Below, one piece after another: positions 12,812-25,219 of a stretch of DNA of 64,000 nt. The notes beneath the pieces are model-generated. The model did not search any database and was not told the origin of the DNA. It worked only from the letters and a program-made list of their open reading frames with translations. Source of the stretch: Callorhinchus milii. Taxonomy: Eukaryota. Both the position numbers and the translations under genes were made by a program. Positions within the stretch are counted from its first letter, which is position 1. Every line of letters begins with the position of its first letter. The DNA is taken from positions 130,698,001-130,762,000 of the forward strand of contig NW_024704742.1 in assembly GCF_018977255.1 (NCBI RefSeq), written 5' to 3'.

Positions 12812-13138
12812 CAGGGTGTCCACAAAGTCCTCTTACATCCTTTTTTTTCTCTACAGCACTGACCAACAACTGAAACGTGGAAGAATGATGATCATTGTAT
12901 TTAGAAAAACTTAATTGTATTCAGTTCAAGTGTTTAACTGTATTTAGACTTCCAGAGGATGGGTGTGTGTGAGCGCCACCATTTTCATGCAGATCCGTTA
13001 CCATGTACGGTGGCACATCTTCTGTAACATGATGGAGTGGTGAAGCGAAGTGCCTCTCTGGCAAGTTGTTTAAGCTGCTCCGTAGCCTCATATCACTGTT
13101 TTGTAACAAGGGATAAAGAGGTCTTTGTGGACACCCTG
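12812..13138. mobile_element. Tc1/mariner-type MITE (327 bp)
   Basis: ~28-bp TIRs cagggtgtccacaaag(t/a)cctctt; TA on the left, TG (mutated TA) on the right; second degraded copy at 54118-54870. Confidence 0.85.
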
Positions 13139-13329
13139 TGCACCAAAAGCTGGACAGTCAATCCACATTACAGTATATTCTGTGAAGAGTTTTGAGATGT
13201 CTCAACAATTTGATAAAGCGCAATAATCAAATGCAAGGAATATTATTATTATCAAATACCACAACTGTAGGTACAAACAATTACAGGATTTTGCTGGAAA
13301 GGTGCACTTACTAATTTTAAAGGTATTTT

Positions 13330-14442
13330 TGTCTCAAAAGTTGCATTTATTGGGGAAATTGAGGTAATTCTGTGCTTTGCTTGAATTCCGTTGTTTCTAG
13401 TCGTCGAAATCTAGATAATTCATAAGAAAACCAGCACGTTTTATTCGCACATTTTTATTAGTTGTTGCAAAGACAAAGTAATCTATAGCGGGGAAGACAA
13501 CACAAAATGCTTCAGATTCCTACAAGGGAGGGGAGTAAATAAGCGAAAAACGCAAGGATGTTTAGGCTGTAGATCGAGCTGTCATGTCCTTTAGTGCATT
13601 GAACTGCTTTCCAAATCTCTTTAATATGATCTATCATTGCTTTACATCATGTAAACGTGTTTTGCCAAGTGTGGAAAATTCAGCGACTGCAGAATAAAAT
13701 AAATAAGCGAAAAATCCAGCGTACATCAGCACTATTATTAGTTGCCACCATTTTTAAACCAAATTGAAGGGGACTAGGAGACCACATCTTTATAAAAAGA
13801 AAAGAAATCGAGAAAACCTGATCTAGCTCAAGCTACGGGTAGAATTCCTAGCACTACAATTTAAAAAAAAAAGCTCAAAAAATGCAAATTGCTGGAAAAA
13901 ATCAGCACACTCGTGGGTTGAAAAAACTAGAGATTAACATATTTAAGAATCAAAATGCAGTAGCCTACACACTCCCCAATATCTCCTCCCCCCTCCCCCC
14001 CCCCCCACCCCCACCACCAAAGAAAATGTTCACCACATAGTTGAGAAAAATATCAAGAGGTGCACACTATGTGACAGGAGCAGCTTAACCGTGGTAGTCC
14101 ATTTCACTACTGAACGCTACAAATAAGTCGTATCCCACCTCCTCCAACAAAACCTACATTCTCTGGGGCTTAGATAGATAGGCTTCCATGACATGTTTTA
14201 AGCCAGGAAGGCGTAAGAACTGGGTGTGGACAACTTTTGAAGAGAAAACAGCTGATCCAGATACATTATATAGTGGGATTATAGTATGTTGGATTCAGAA
14301 ACAATCTGCAGAGTTGTTTTGAGGTCCATTTTAAAAAAAAGGGAGCGTTTCAGAGATCCACACCACAGGGCTCAGCAGCTATCCAGTCCTGTGCTGAGCC
14401 CTCGCTAGTGTTTACGCTGCTCCCTTTCTGGCCTGTCTTACG
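13330..14442 (-). other. UBE2R2: UBE2R2 3'UTR (end approximate)
   Basis: ~1.1 kb after the stop codon with no recognisable TE, U-rich on the mRNA strand, ending in clustered AATAAA hexamers. Confidence 0.7.
13346..13459 (-). terminator. Candidate polyadenylation signals (AATAAA at 13459-13454, 13445-13440, 13351-13346)
   Basis: TTTATT on the + strand three times at the distal end of the TE-free UTR; which one is used is unknown. Confidence 0.6.
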
Positions 14443-14662
14443 TCATGACTCCTCGTTCCCAGAATCCTCGTCGTCGTAGCAGTCGGCGTCCTCTTCCTCT
14501 TCCTCCTCTTCATCTATGTCGTCGTCGTACAAGTCATCGTAAAGCAAGTCTGAGTTGTTGTCGTTGGAAGGCACTTTAGTCTTAATGCAGTACTCAGCCA
14601 GTGTGGTGGGAACCTTCACACCATCCTTCTCAGCTTCCGCCTTGGTGGAGAGCACTTGTTTC
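14443..14662 (-). CDS. UBE2R2: UBE2R2 last coding exon (KQVLSTKAEAEKDGVKVPTTLAEYC...DDEDSGNEES*), acidic tail
   Basis: Acceptor tttattgtcag, TGA stop at 14445-14443; tail KVPSNDNNSDLLYDDLYDDD...DADCYDDEDSGNEES is UBE2R2-type rather than CDC34/UBE2R1-type. Confidence 0.96.
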
Positions 14663-16919
14663 CTGACAATAAAAACAGAACAATATTTCAGAGCTTCCAA
14701 CAGATCACACGCCAAAGTCTAATATGGCGCAATTCAATAATCTAAAACCCTGCCACCTGCTACAACTCTACTTGGGGGTCAATCTCATTTCCGACCTCTG
14801 TGAAGTCAGATCGTGGCCAAAGGAGGCAAAGAAGACACCTGGTGAGAGAGAGCAAATAGATTTCCAGCACATAGGCACGTGGACACATCCAGGTACATGC
14901 AAGTTTTCTTCATCAATCTTTTCACAAATCACTGCTTATCAAACCGTGTCAAAGGATTTTAACCCAAAAGCAATACATCAGCCCATTCCTTGAATCTGTT
15001 ATTTATTTTAGGTTCCATCTGAACTGTGATGGGGATATAAAGGGACTGTCACGTAATTATTTGAAAGAAATGTGAAGTCTTTTGCTTAGTTAACCTGTTT
15101 TACATTCCTCTCCTAATCCAAATTTATTCCCAAACTCAAGAATAATTGGCTTCTCATCTCGCTGTTGTTTACAGGATGGTGCCGCCCCGCTTGTTTATTA
15201 TCAGTCACCTAATTTCTAATTATATTTTGTCAAGTGCTTCAAGAATGTTTTTTTTAATGTGAAAAGTGCTGCTATATAAGTGAGCTATTAATAACTGTTT
15301 TAATGTAATGCAGTGTTTGTTTGGTTAGTTACACAGATTATACAGCCAGAAAGGGAACAGTTTTATACACACTTTGTACTTTAAACAAAATATTGCCAAA
15401 ATGCTAATTGTTTTTTGAAGGTACTAATGTATTTTGTTAAGTAGATATTAATAACAGTGAAATGAGGAGTATCTGGCTATCACAGAATTTACAACCGCGT
15501 TCCCATCTGCCTGTTCAAGCTCTCCGGGATGCCACCCCATAATAGGCGCTATATAATTGCAAGTAGTTGTTGTTGTTGTTCAAAAATCCCGAGGCACTAA
15601 GTTGAAAGAGAAGGATGTTTCTCCTGGTGTCCTGGCCAACAATAATTCAGATTAAATCGGTCATTCACTGCATGGCTATTTATGGGACGTTGCTGTGTGC
15701 AAATTGGCTGCTGTATTAGTCTATGAAATACACACTCACTACACCTTACACTATAATTCTGCAAAGCGCTTTGAGACATCCAACTGACATGAAAGACTCT
15801 ATAATCAAGTGCATGGATTATTATTTATATTTCAGGAAGACAGCGAACAAGCTTTGTCTGGCCATGGAGAAAGACTTCAATAGTCCCCTCTTTCGGTGAG
15901 GTGGGGCGGTGGGGGGTAGAGAAAGAAGAGAGCATTAAGTAAACATGAGACCCAACTCACTTGGGATGATAATTTACCTGCTTTTCTATCAGCTTCTCAA
16001 ACCCCAAAAAAATTATAAGCAGCAACTCAAGTAACTCAAATTGATTCAGTGATTCAGAGACACAAGACCATAATATAATAATAATCCTTGCATTTGCTTT
16101 AGTGCCTTATCACATTGTTGACACGTCTCAAAGCGATTCACAGAATATACTGTAAAGTGAATCGACTATAAATTTTGTGGGTGAAACGCAGCAGCCAATT
16201 GCACACAGCAGTGTCCCACAAACAGTCGTGGATTGAGACACCAAATTATTCTTTTTTTTAAATGTAGGTCTGGTGTTCTGAACTATAAAGGGTGGATGAA
16301 CCTGCCAGACACTATTCTAAGTGAACACGGTGGACACACCTACACTGGCCTTCATCCACACCCACATGAGCTTTAAACCCACTGACTGGTGCCACATTCT
16401 ACTAAACAAATACAGCCAGTCACACAGGAGAATTTGATGAACCCACATTGTGTGATTATTCTGCAGACTTCAGCCTGGCACCAAACCCATACAAAGTGAA
16501 CCTCATTTACATTTGATTTGAAATGCTCTGCACCACACAGTGTTTAGGAAGGCCGCTTCCATCGCAAAAGAGCTGTCCTCATTAGCACAATAATTATTTA
16601 ATGGGGGAGGGGGGCAGGCGAGGAAAGAGACGTACTGTCTTATCTACAACCAGCACACTTCATAAAACCCAGTTTGGATTATCTGTAAATGTAACAGGGT
16701 CCAGGGTACGGAAACAGTGTTTTTTAAAAAAAGAAAAGGGGCTTATGTCTTGCTGCTAACTTGGCTAAAGTTTGTCCATTTACAGCCAAGTGACACAAGT
16801 CAAAACCAAAGACCTTTTTCTATCCATTCACTGGTTGCTTGGTCAATTCTTGAAATACAGAATGGAGTGACTAAATGGATTGTCTAATTACTTCTGGTAT
16901 TTAGAGGTGATTTACAATA

Positions 16920-17236
16920 GAATAATAATAATCCTTGCATTCGATTTAGTGCTTTTCACGTCGGGAGGACGTCCCAAAGCGCTTCACAGAACACACTGTA
17001 AAGTGATTTGACTGTATATTTGTGGGCGAACGCAGCAGCCAATTGCGCACAGCAATGTCCCACAAACAGTCGTAGATTGAAAATGAGCAATTTATTATTG
17101 TTTTTGGTTTTGGAGGGATTATTATTAGGTGTGTGGAGTAAGGAAACTTGCCCAAGGTTTCGCCCTCTGCCTGGAATTGAACTCAGGTCTCCCACTTGCA
17201 AAGCGAGTGTTCTAACCACTGAGCTACAGGACTCCA
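16920..17236 (-). mobile_element. Young full-length SINE, short subfamily (intron 4)
   Basis: Near-identical to 5273-5591. Confidence 0.92.
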
Positions 17237-17529
17237 ATGAATGAATGGTAGTTGTGCAAGTTCTGCCTTTGAGGGGCACACAGGTAGCAATGCACATCTT
17301 TACTACTGCAGTGTGTTGGGACTTTCACAATGCACATATTATTATTTGGACGCTTTGGCCAGTTTGCAATGCTAAATGTTTTGTCTGTTTGCTATTAATT
17401 TGGATTGTGGGGGTGGCACAGTTCTGTAGAACAAATGCTATTTTGCTCAGTTTAAGGAGGGCAGTGGATTCAGGGAGATGTGGGAGGTTCGAGCATCAAA
17501 CTCCTCAAAAAGCTATATGTCTTATTCTT

Positions 17530-18075
17530 TGCGTTTGATATGGTGCCCTTTCACGTCGTTGAGATGCCTCAAAGCGCTTCACCGAGTATACTGTAAATAA
17601 TAATAATAATAATCCTTGCATTTGATATAGTGCTTTTCACATCGGGAGGACGTACCAAAGCGCTTCACAGAATATACTGTAAAGTGAATTCACTGTATAT
17701 TTGTGGGCGAACGCGGCAGCCAATTGCGCACAGCAATGTCCCACAAACAGTCGTGGATTGAAGATGACCAATTTATTATTGTTTTTTTGTTTTGGAGGGA
17801 TTATTATTGTAAAGTGATTTCATGGGGGGCTGGGGGGCAAATCCAATTGCACACAACATTCCAATTATTCCACAAACAGTCGTGGATTGAGATTTTTTTT
17901 TGAGGGATTATTATCCCCAGAAAGAGATCTGCCAATCGACTAACAACTGGGTCACTACTTACTGCCAGGTAAACAGAGGCGTATGGAATAAGGAAACTTG
18001 CCCAAGGTTTCGCCCGGCCTGGGAATCGAATCACTTGCGAGGCAAGCATGCTAATCACTATGCTACAGGACTCCA
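17530..18075 (-). mobile_element. Long-subfamily SINE with a 5'-truncated SINE (17595-17808) nested in it
   Basis: Host reads …gtatactgtaa|insert|tgtaaagtgattt; head ggagtcctgtagc at 18075-18063. Confidence 0.75.
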
Positions 18076-19049
18076 TTAAAGGGATAGATTAGAGACCTGG
18101 TGTGAGCAATAATCCACGAACACACTGGCTTTGCAGCTGCTGGGGTGCAGGGAGAGGAAAGTGTACTAGGAGGGCTGTATAGGGTTAGGGTTGAATAGAC
18201 AAGGAGGAGAATCTGCTCAGTGACCTTGGTATTAGAAAGCACATGCAGTTTTCTCACAGAACAGAGTGGGTGGGTGAGAGGCCTCAGTTGGGGAGATGGT
18301 GCACGGTCTATGGAAGTTTCTGGCTGGGATGGACAACTACGCGTTTCTCATTCTGTTAACCCAACCAACCCGGCCACTCCCTCTGCTCCATTCCCAGCCC
18401 CCACCGCCCAAATTGCCGTTAGCGGTGGATTTTCAGCCATTTTGTCCCTGCCCTCTGGAACTCCATCTCGTAGTCCCTCCAACTCGCTTCCTCCGTCTAC
18501 TGTTTAAAGGCCTGAAGACACATCCCTCTGGCCGAGCCTTTGAACAATTACTGGGTGCAATTGGCTGCCGCGTTTCGCCCACAAAATAAAGTCAATTTAC
18601 TTTACAGTGTATTCGGTGAAGCGCTAGAGACATCTCGAAGACGTGATAAAGTGCTATATCAAATGCAAGGATTATTATTATTATTCCCCCCACCCGCCCC
18701 CTTCAGCCGAGGTGCCTATTCAGGACTGTGAATGTGCTGGGATGCTCATCCAACATGAAGGATGACATACAAGTGTGAATTGTATTGCTTTTATGTTGAT
18801 TACACAGTTATGCCTGGTAGAAGTCTGAATATCATCAGCTTCCAGCTGCACAAGTGTGTGCGTGCACATGTGGGGGGGTGGTGGCTGTGTGTGTGTGCGC
18901 GCGTGTTGGGGGTGTGTGGCGGTGTGTCTGTGGGGGGGGGTGCGTGGGTGCAGAAGAGAGGGGAAGAAGAGTGAGGGGAGGTAGGTTTTAAAAAGAGGGA
19001 AAGGAAATCTTTTCAGATCTCATGACTGCTTTGCAGCCTATTTTCTCAC

Positions 19050-19184
19050 CTAATAATTTCAGCATATTCTTTGTCCTTCCCTTTGCTGTCTCTCCACTTT
19101 CTGAACATGACGGAGGCATCCACATTCGCTGGCGAAAAAGTGTTGGGTTCATTCAGTAAGGAGATGACGCTTAAAAGGATGGTC
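19050..19184 (-). CDS. UBE2R2: UBE2R2 coding exon 4 ([45 protein letters not shown])
   Basis: 135 nt, acceptor ttccacccag, donor gtgaga; lies within ORF 19046..19231. Confidence 0.97.
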
Positions 19185-20006
19185 CTGGGTGGAAATGGAA
19201 ACAAATTTGTCAAGTTTATTAAAACCCACACAATTTAAGCTGGTTTCACTTTTTGTGAGATTTTAAAAAATACTCCTCTGCACACTCTCTATTGTCTTGA
19301 CATGTTTCCTGATGTACAGTGACTGATAATGCACCCAATATTCCACATATTTGATGCTGACAACAACAACTTGCATTGACATAGCAAACTTCACCAGGGC
19401 AGTGCCTTGGAGCGCTTAACAGTGGCGGAGCATGACACCGAGCCAGAGAGAAAGAGAGAGGTGAGGTGACCGTAGGTACGGTCGAAGACAAAGGTCTCCC
19501 TCCTGGTGTGATCTGAAGACTGACGGGGAGGGATTAAGGCAGAGTGTTCAGGGTGTAGTGGCTGAAAGCACGGCTACCGATGGTGGAGAGATGGCGAGGG
19601 ATGTACAGAAAGCTACAGCCGGCTGACCACACTATCTAGTGTTCCACTAAGCTATATATATATAATATATATATAAAAGAAGACTCCCCTCATTTCACAT
19701 CTTGCTTAAGTTTGAGAGTTACAACAGTTACAATGTGAAGACGAATGCCGTTTAGCCCATTTATTTCCATCCCCATCTGTTGCCTCATTGCAAAGACGGT
19801 AAAAATAGCAAATCAGGTGCTTTGCAGAATTCTTGTGTAACAGGGACCACAATGTTGAAAACAGCATTTTATGTCAATATTGCGTAACATTAGTTTTGTC
19901 CTTCAAAATACACTTTCCAGCCTCTAAGCAATGCCACATGTCATCTACTCAGCAAACAGTCGATAACTGCTTCCACATGTTGCTAATTTAGGACTCTATT
20001 ATTTTT

Positions 20007-20821
20007 GTGCAGCTGAATATGGACGAGACGGAAGCCATATTCCTTGGCTCCCGTCAACGTCTTCACTCCTGCGGATCTGAAATCCTGAAGCTTCCTGGGC
20101 TCTCCCTCAGACTCACCAAACAAGTGCGCAATCTAGGCGTCCAGTTCGACCCCCAGCTGTCCTTCCTCCCCCACATCTGTTCCTTGACCAGGACCGTCTT
20201 CTTCCACCTCAAACACATTACCTGCCTCCGACTGTACTTTACCCCAAATGCAGCCAAAAACCTTGTACTTCCTTTTGTCACCTCTTGTTTGGATTACTCA
20301 AATGCATTCCTCACTGGTTTCCACAGCTCCACTATTCAAAAGATCCAGCTCATTCAGAACTCTGCCGCCCGCATACTGATCCGAAACCAGTTCTGGCCCA
20401 GGCTCCACTGGCTCCCCATCACCACACAGATCAACTTCAAGATCCTCACACTCGTGTTCAAATCTTTTCACTCCCTGGCACCTCCCTACCTCTCTGACCT
20501 CCTCACTCCGCATCCACCACCCCGCGGCCTCCTCTTTACTGGCACCAGCCTCCTAAACATCCTTCGTGCCCTGCTCTCCACCACTGGAGGTTGCACATTC
20601 AGCTACTACGCCCTGAAACTCTAGAAAACTCTCCCTCAATCCCTCCACCTTGCCCCCTCTCTACCCCTTTTCAAATCCTGCCTGAAAACCTTCCTTCTCG
20701 ACTGTGCTTACGGTCACCTCCCCCCCAGTCCCCACCGCTCAGAGTCAGGCTCCTCCACTGTTAAGCGCTCTGAGACTCTCCCCTACGTGGAGAGCGCTAT
20801 ATAAGTGCAAATTGTTGTTGT
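20007..20821 (+). mobile_element. 5'-truncated L2 LINE (subfamily B), ORF2 C-terminus and tail
   Basis: 205-aa ORF QLNMDETEAI…VRNLGVQFD…SCLDYSN…LHWLPI…; ends gcaaattgttgttg. Confidence 0.92.
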
Positions 20822-21094
20822 AGATGCACAAGCTTTATAAATTGCTATTTGTGACAGCCTTTTTTCCAAGTTTGCGATGGTTATTGTAATATCAACTTCA
20901 GCTCACTCCCTCCCTAGCCACCTTCAAGGTCGGTCTCAAGACCATCTTCTTCGACTGCATCTTCGGTCACCCTCCTTCCCCTGCCCTCCTTGTTCTCCAT
21001 CCCTCCTGATTCCAGCGCCTTGAGACGTCCTCCCGACGTGAAAGGCGCTATACAAATGTAATTTGTTGTTATCAACTGTTGCAAATGTGAATCT

Positions 21095-21192
21095 CCTGTC
21101 CTCCACTACTGAGGAAACCTTGGCTGATTTGCTCCTCCCCAACTCAGAGGTTGTTTCCCTGGCTGAGATCAGTTAACTCAACACAAACCTGT
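21095..21192 (-). mobile_element. Ancient SINE relic, AmnSINE2-like (similar relics ~12595-12730 and ~59835-59975)
   Basis: Reverse complement gtgttgagttaactgatctcagccaggg…aaatcagccaaggtttcc matches a recalled ancient-SINE consensus; family name uncertain. Confidence 0.45.
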
Positions 21193-21580
21193 ACCCAATT
21201 GCTATCTGGAAACCCTTGCTGAAAGGTGCAAGTGTATGGGACCAAGATTCAACTTTGCTGTGGTCTCCCCTTAACTTTAAGGCTTTTTTGACTATTCAGA
21301 TGAGTATAGTTTCTCAGGAGAAAATAACATCCCATGCTTTTAACTCTTCCGTTTCCAAAGCACGCAAAGCTTCCATTTGTGAAATAATTTGCTGTCTAAA
21401 CGACAACTAAAGGAATTTGATTTGAAAGTACAACTACATTACCTACACAAAACTGAGGTGTTACCAAACAACAACAAATTATATTTGCTGAGCGTCTTTC
21501 ATGTTGGGAGGATGTCCCAAAGTGCTGGACACTCAAGGATGTGCACCTGAGCTGGGGGTTGGGATCAGGAGGGGAAGAGA

Positions 21581-21741
21581 TCAGCCAGGAAACGGGAATG
21601 AGTTCAGCCAGGAAACGGGAATAAGTTCAGCCAGGGAACAGGAATGAGTTCAGCCAGGGAACGGGAATGAGTTCAGCCAGGGAACGGGAATGAGTTCAGC
21701 CAGGGAACGGGAATGAGCTCAGCCAGGGAACGGGAATGAGA
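21581..21741. repeat. Minisatellite, 7 x 23 bp (tcagccagggaacgggaatgagt)
   Basis: Seven head-to-tail copies with 0-2 mismatches, no spacers. Confidence 0.95.
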
Positions 21742-21841
21742 TGGTATTTTCTCCTGAGAAACAACTCACCTGAACTAGCAAACGTGAAGTGCATAGAAAA
21801 CAAACGCTCTTATTTTATGAATTCAGAGCAGAGTGCAGTAC

Positions 21842-21939
21842 CTGACGTTCTGGGTGGGGTTCCACCGTTCTGAAGGTAGTTCACCACTCTGAGGATCATC
21901 AACTGGTGGGTGGAGGATGGAAATGCAAACGTCTCCGTT
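21842..21939 (-). CDS. UBE2R2: UBE2R2 coding exon 3 (NGDVCISILHPPVDDPQSGELPSERWNPTQNV-R), catalytic Cys and Cdc34 acidic loop
   Basis: 98 nt, acceptor cactttag, donor gtactg; phase 0 start, phase 2 end, compatible with the neighbouring exons. Confidence 0.97.
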
Positions 21940-22344
21940 CTAAAGTGAGATATTTGGAGATGTAAAACAAATTATTTTGGACTCCTTTTAAGAAAAAAGC
22001 AATACGCAGTTCAGTGTCGTTATTCGATAGCTGTATGCAATGATTGATAATTTGGTATGGATTCCATACACAGTCTGTCTCTGGGCTCTTCTCTCAAACG
22101 TGTTTTGCAAGACCCCGTATTTTTAAAGGCATTTTCTCCCCTTTTCCATGCATCCAAGGTAGCAGGGGCTTGTTTGCTGGCCTCAAAGCAGCTGGCGCGT
22201 TTGAGAACTCGCCCCCGACAGACCTGAGGAGGAGGACACTGGGCTCCAAAGTGATTTGCTTGACCTTGTCCCGTGGTCCAGATGCTTTTGCTGCACTCAG
22301 ATACCTTGACTGCACAACAGAATCCCAAGACACCAATTGACAAC

Positions 22345-22550
22345 CATAGAAATTTATGGCGCAGAAGTTGGCCATTCGTCCCATCGTGTCTTTGCCGACT
22401 CCCTCAAGAGCAATCCTTTCAGTCCCATTCAGTCCCATTTACCTGCCCTTTCCCCAGCTATTTGTTAAATTCCCTCTTGAAGGCCGATATGGATTCTGCC
22501 TCAACCAAAGCTTCCAGCAGGGCATTCCATATCCAAACTACTCTGGGTGA
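22345..22550 (-). mobile_element. CR1 3' end fragment
   Basis: Reverse complement ends cgaatggccaacttctgcgccataaatttctatg, homologous to 3085-3121. Confidence 0.75.
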
Positions 22551-23144
22551 ATTGATCAACATTTGACTAATTCTTCATATCAGAAGCAGGCTTTGATTAT
22601 GCCGTTTAACTCTCAATGTGAATCAGTTGTATGCTAAACCACATCCAGCTGTAATACTATAGAGTAAAAATAGATATAAGTTATGGTTTAAGTCAAAAGA
22701 AAGTACTCCTTATTATGTCCTATATGTAAATTTCCCAGGGGAATGTCATTGACAGATTAATCAAAGAGCTTTTTCCAAACAATTTATGTCACCCAGTGGA
22801 ATTTACCCGAGCATTCTATTTGTACCAAATCAAGTTTAATGTCAGCATCACAAGCTTAGTTCAGTTATTGAGAAAACAACTGTTTCCTAAATTAATTGTC
22901 AATACCGCTTTCTATTAATTTCCATGCTTCTTACCAGAATTTCAATAAGAAACATCACAGGGGAAATTAATTAGCTTTCCACAGAGAAAATGAAAAAATA
23001 AGTCAGAAGGCAGAAGTTTGCATGATCCGGTTACATCCAAACACGAGATTAGCAACGTGCTGGAAATGTATTTGTTGCATCTCTTTTGCTTCGTCGACTC
23101 TTGTCTCTGGGTTACGAGGTTCTGGGTTCAACAAGTCCTGAATC

Positions 23145-23545
23145 AGCAAAGCCATGGAGGGCTTTGTAGATGAGGACCAGGATCTTGAACTGTATCCTCT
23201 GTGTGATGGGAAGACAGCGGAGCCGGGCGAGGTTGGGGGTGATAGGGTCATGGAGCCTGGTGCGGGAGAGGACACGGGTTGCAGAGTTCTGGATGATCTG
23301 CAGCCTTTGGAGGGAGGAGTTGGGGAGGCCGACAAGCAGGGCGTTTGCATAGTCAAGCCTGGATGTTTTGAATGAGGTATGAGGGGCTCAGTGTCCTGAG
23401 GTGTGAGACAGTGGTGGAGGTGGGGGATAGCAGAGCAGATCATGGCAATGATGTGGTGGAGAAAGGATAGTTGAGGCTCACGCAAGACGCCAAGGTTCCA
23501 GACTGGTTCAGTGAGGTGGAGTGTGCAACCTTGGATGGTGATGCT
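23145..23545 (-). mobile_element. L2 ORF2 fragment
   Basis: VWNLGV…PQLSF and QIIQNSATRVLSRT…IQFKILVLIYKALHG translations. Confidence 0.8.
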
Positions 23546-25219
23546 GTCAGTGAGATGTACTGTCATACTGTCAGACACTAAGTACCATCCTTCAAAAGAG
23601 ATGTTAAAACCCAGGTCAAGTCTGCCTGTGAATGATCAATTCATGATAATGTTTTCAAAAGCAGGGAGTGTCCTGGCCAATATTCTTCCCTTGTCCAAAA
23701 TAATAATAAGCCTTGCATTTGATTTAGCGCCATATCACATCATCTAGACATCTCAAAGTGCTTCACAGAATAGACTGTAAAGTGGATTGATGTATATTTT
23801 GTGGCAAAGTGACAAATAAAACACATTATAGTCATTAATCTCATTGTTGTGGACCATTGTTGATGCAGATTATCTGTTGATCTAATCACATATAGAAGTC
23901 ACTGCACTTCAAAGTTTAGTAACTTTGAAATGTTTGATAAGGCCAATTCCATGAAATGAAATTGATAAACCCCATCTTGAACTATTTTGGCAAATCCTCC
24001 ACTGACTTATGCAGCCCTTCGATTGGGCTGATTTTCCTTCATTGATTTAAATTAGTTATTAAACAAATCAAATAAAATGTTCCTGGAAGGCCAGTTACAC
24101 TGAGGACTTGGCACTGCATCACTGTGGAATTGGTGGTATTACTGCCGTTTGGGTCAAAAGTAATCTGAAATTGATTCTCCAGAAATGTCAAGGGATCACC
24201 TTGAGGAGATTGTCTCGACCAGCATTAGCTTCAGATCAACTGCTATACAACTGTGGTCTTTTTGTAATACATTGCACAGGCATATGGCATCTTGTGATCA
24301 GAGTGAGTCTTTAAGCAGAGCTCCGTGTCCCACGTCGACACCGCAATGTTTACCCACTGCAGTTAGTTCCTTCCTCACCATTCTCAAAGCAGCCACTGCT
24401 GTCAGACCAGCAACTGCAGCAGAACTGCAGCACCAGTCTCGGGTTCCACAGAGCACGGGTTTGCCTTTTGCAGATTAATGACGTGCTGAGCACAGATTTT
24501 ATTCTGAAAGGTTTTGACAGATAGGATCAGGCATGAGTAGTGAATTAAACTGCTCAGGTAGAATTAACCTATTTAGATGCTTTTCACCATTAGAACTGCA
24601 TTAGTGCAGCCAAGGCAAGTCTGGAGTAGCTGCAGTTTAACTGTAAGCACTGTTCCAAGGCAACCATCAGTTATTTCTGCTATTCAGTGTTGGAATTCTA
24701 CAGCGTTATAGCAGAAAATGGCTCTGTGAAGCCTTAAGGTTGAAGCTTTTAATTTCAATAACCCCCTCTTTCCCTCCAAGTATCAGTTTTAAATAATAAT
24801 AATCCTTGCATTTAATATAGCGCCTTATCACATCTTCGAGATTTCTCAACGAGCTTCACAGAATATACTGTCAAGTAAATTGACTGTATATTTTGTGGGC
24901 GAAATAAACAGACATTAATTTACTTCTGAAAATGTAAGGCACGTGGCTATTCTCCTTTGTGTGTAAATTGTCGTGATTTTAGCTGGGAGACTGCCTTAGA
25001 ATTTAGCTAATTCTCAAAAGCATTAATATACAGCCAGTTTCTTCAATTATGAATGGCAAAAGGTCAGTGAGGAAGGGGGAAGAAAAACAAGAGCGAGATA
25101 GGAAAACACACTTAGAAAATGAGAGAATAGAGATGCGATTGTTTTAAAATCAGCATTTCGGCCTAAGTAAAATAAACCACTAGTTATATGGTACAATCCA
25201 ATGGGTTATTTTCATAAAG

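Noticed and set aside
14663..14715. N-terminal extension of ORF 14443..14715 (and 19185-19231 of ORF 19046..19231)
   Set aside because: Intronic sequence upstream of canonical splice acceptors
21581..21741. Regular 23-bp array as a CRISPR
   Set aside because: No unique spacers, no cas genes, located in a vertebrate intron
22020..22566. Overlapping ORFs on both strands in intron 2
   Set aside because: No recognisable protein, no convincing splice pair, and the right part is a CR1 3' end
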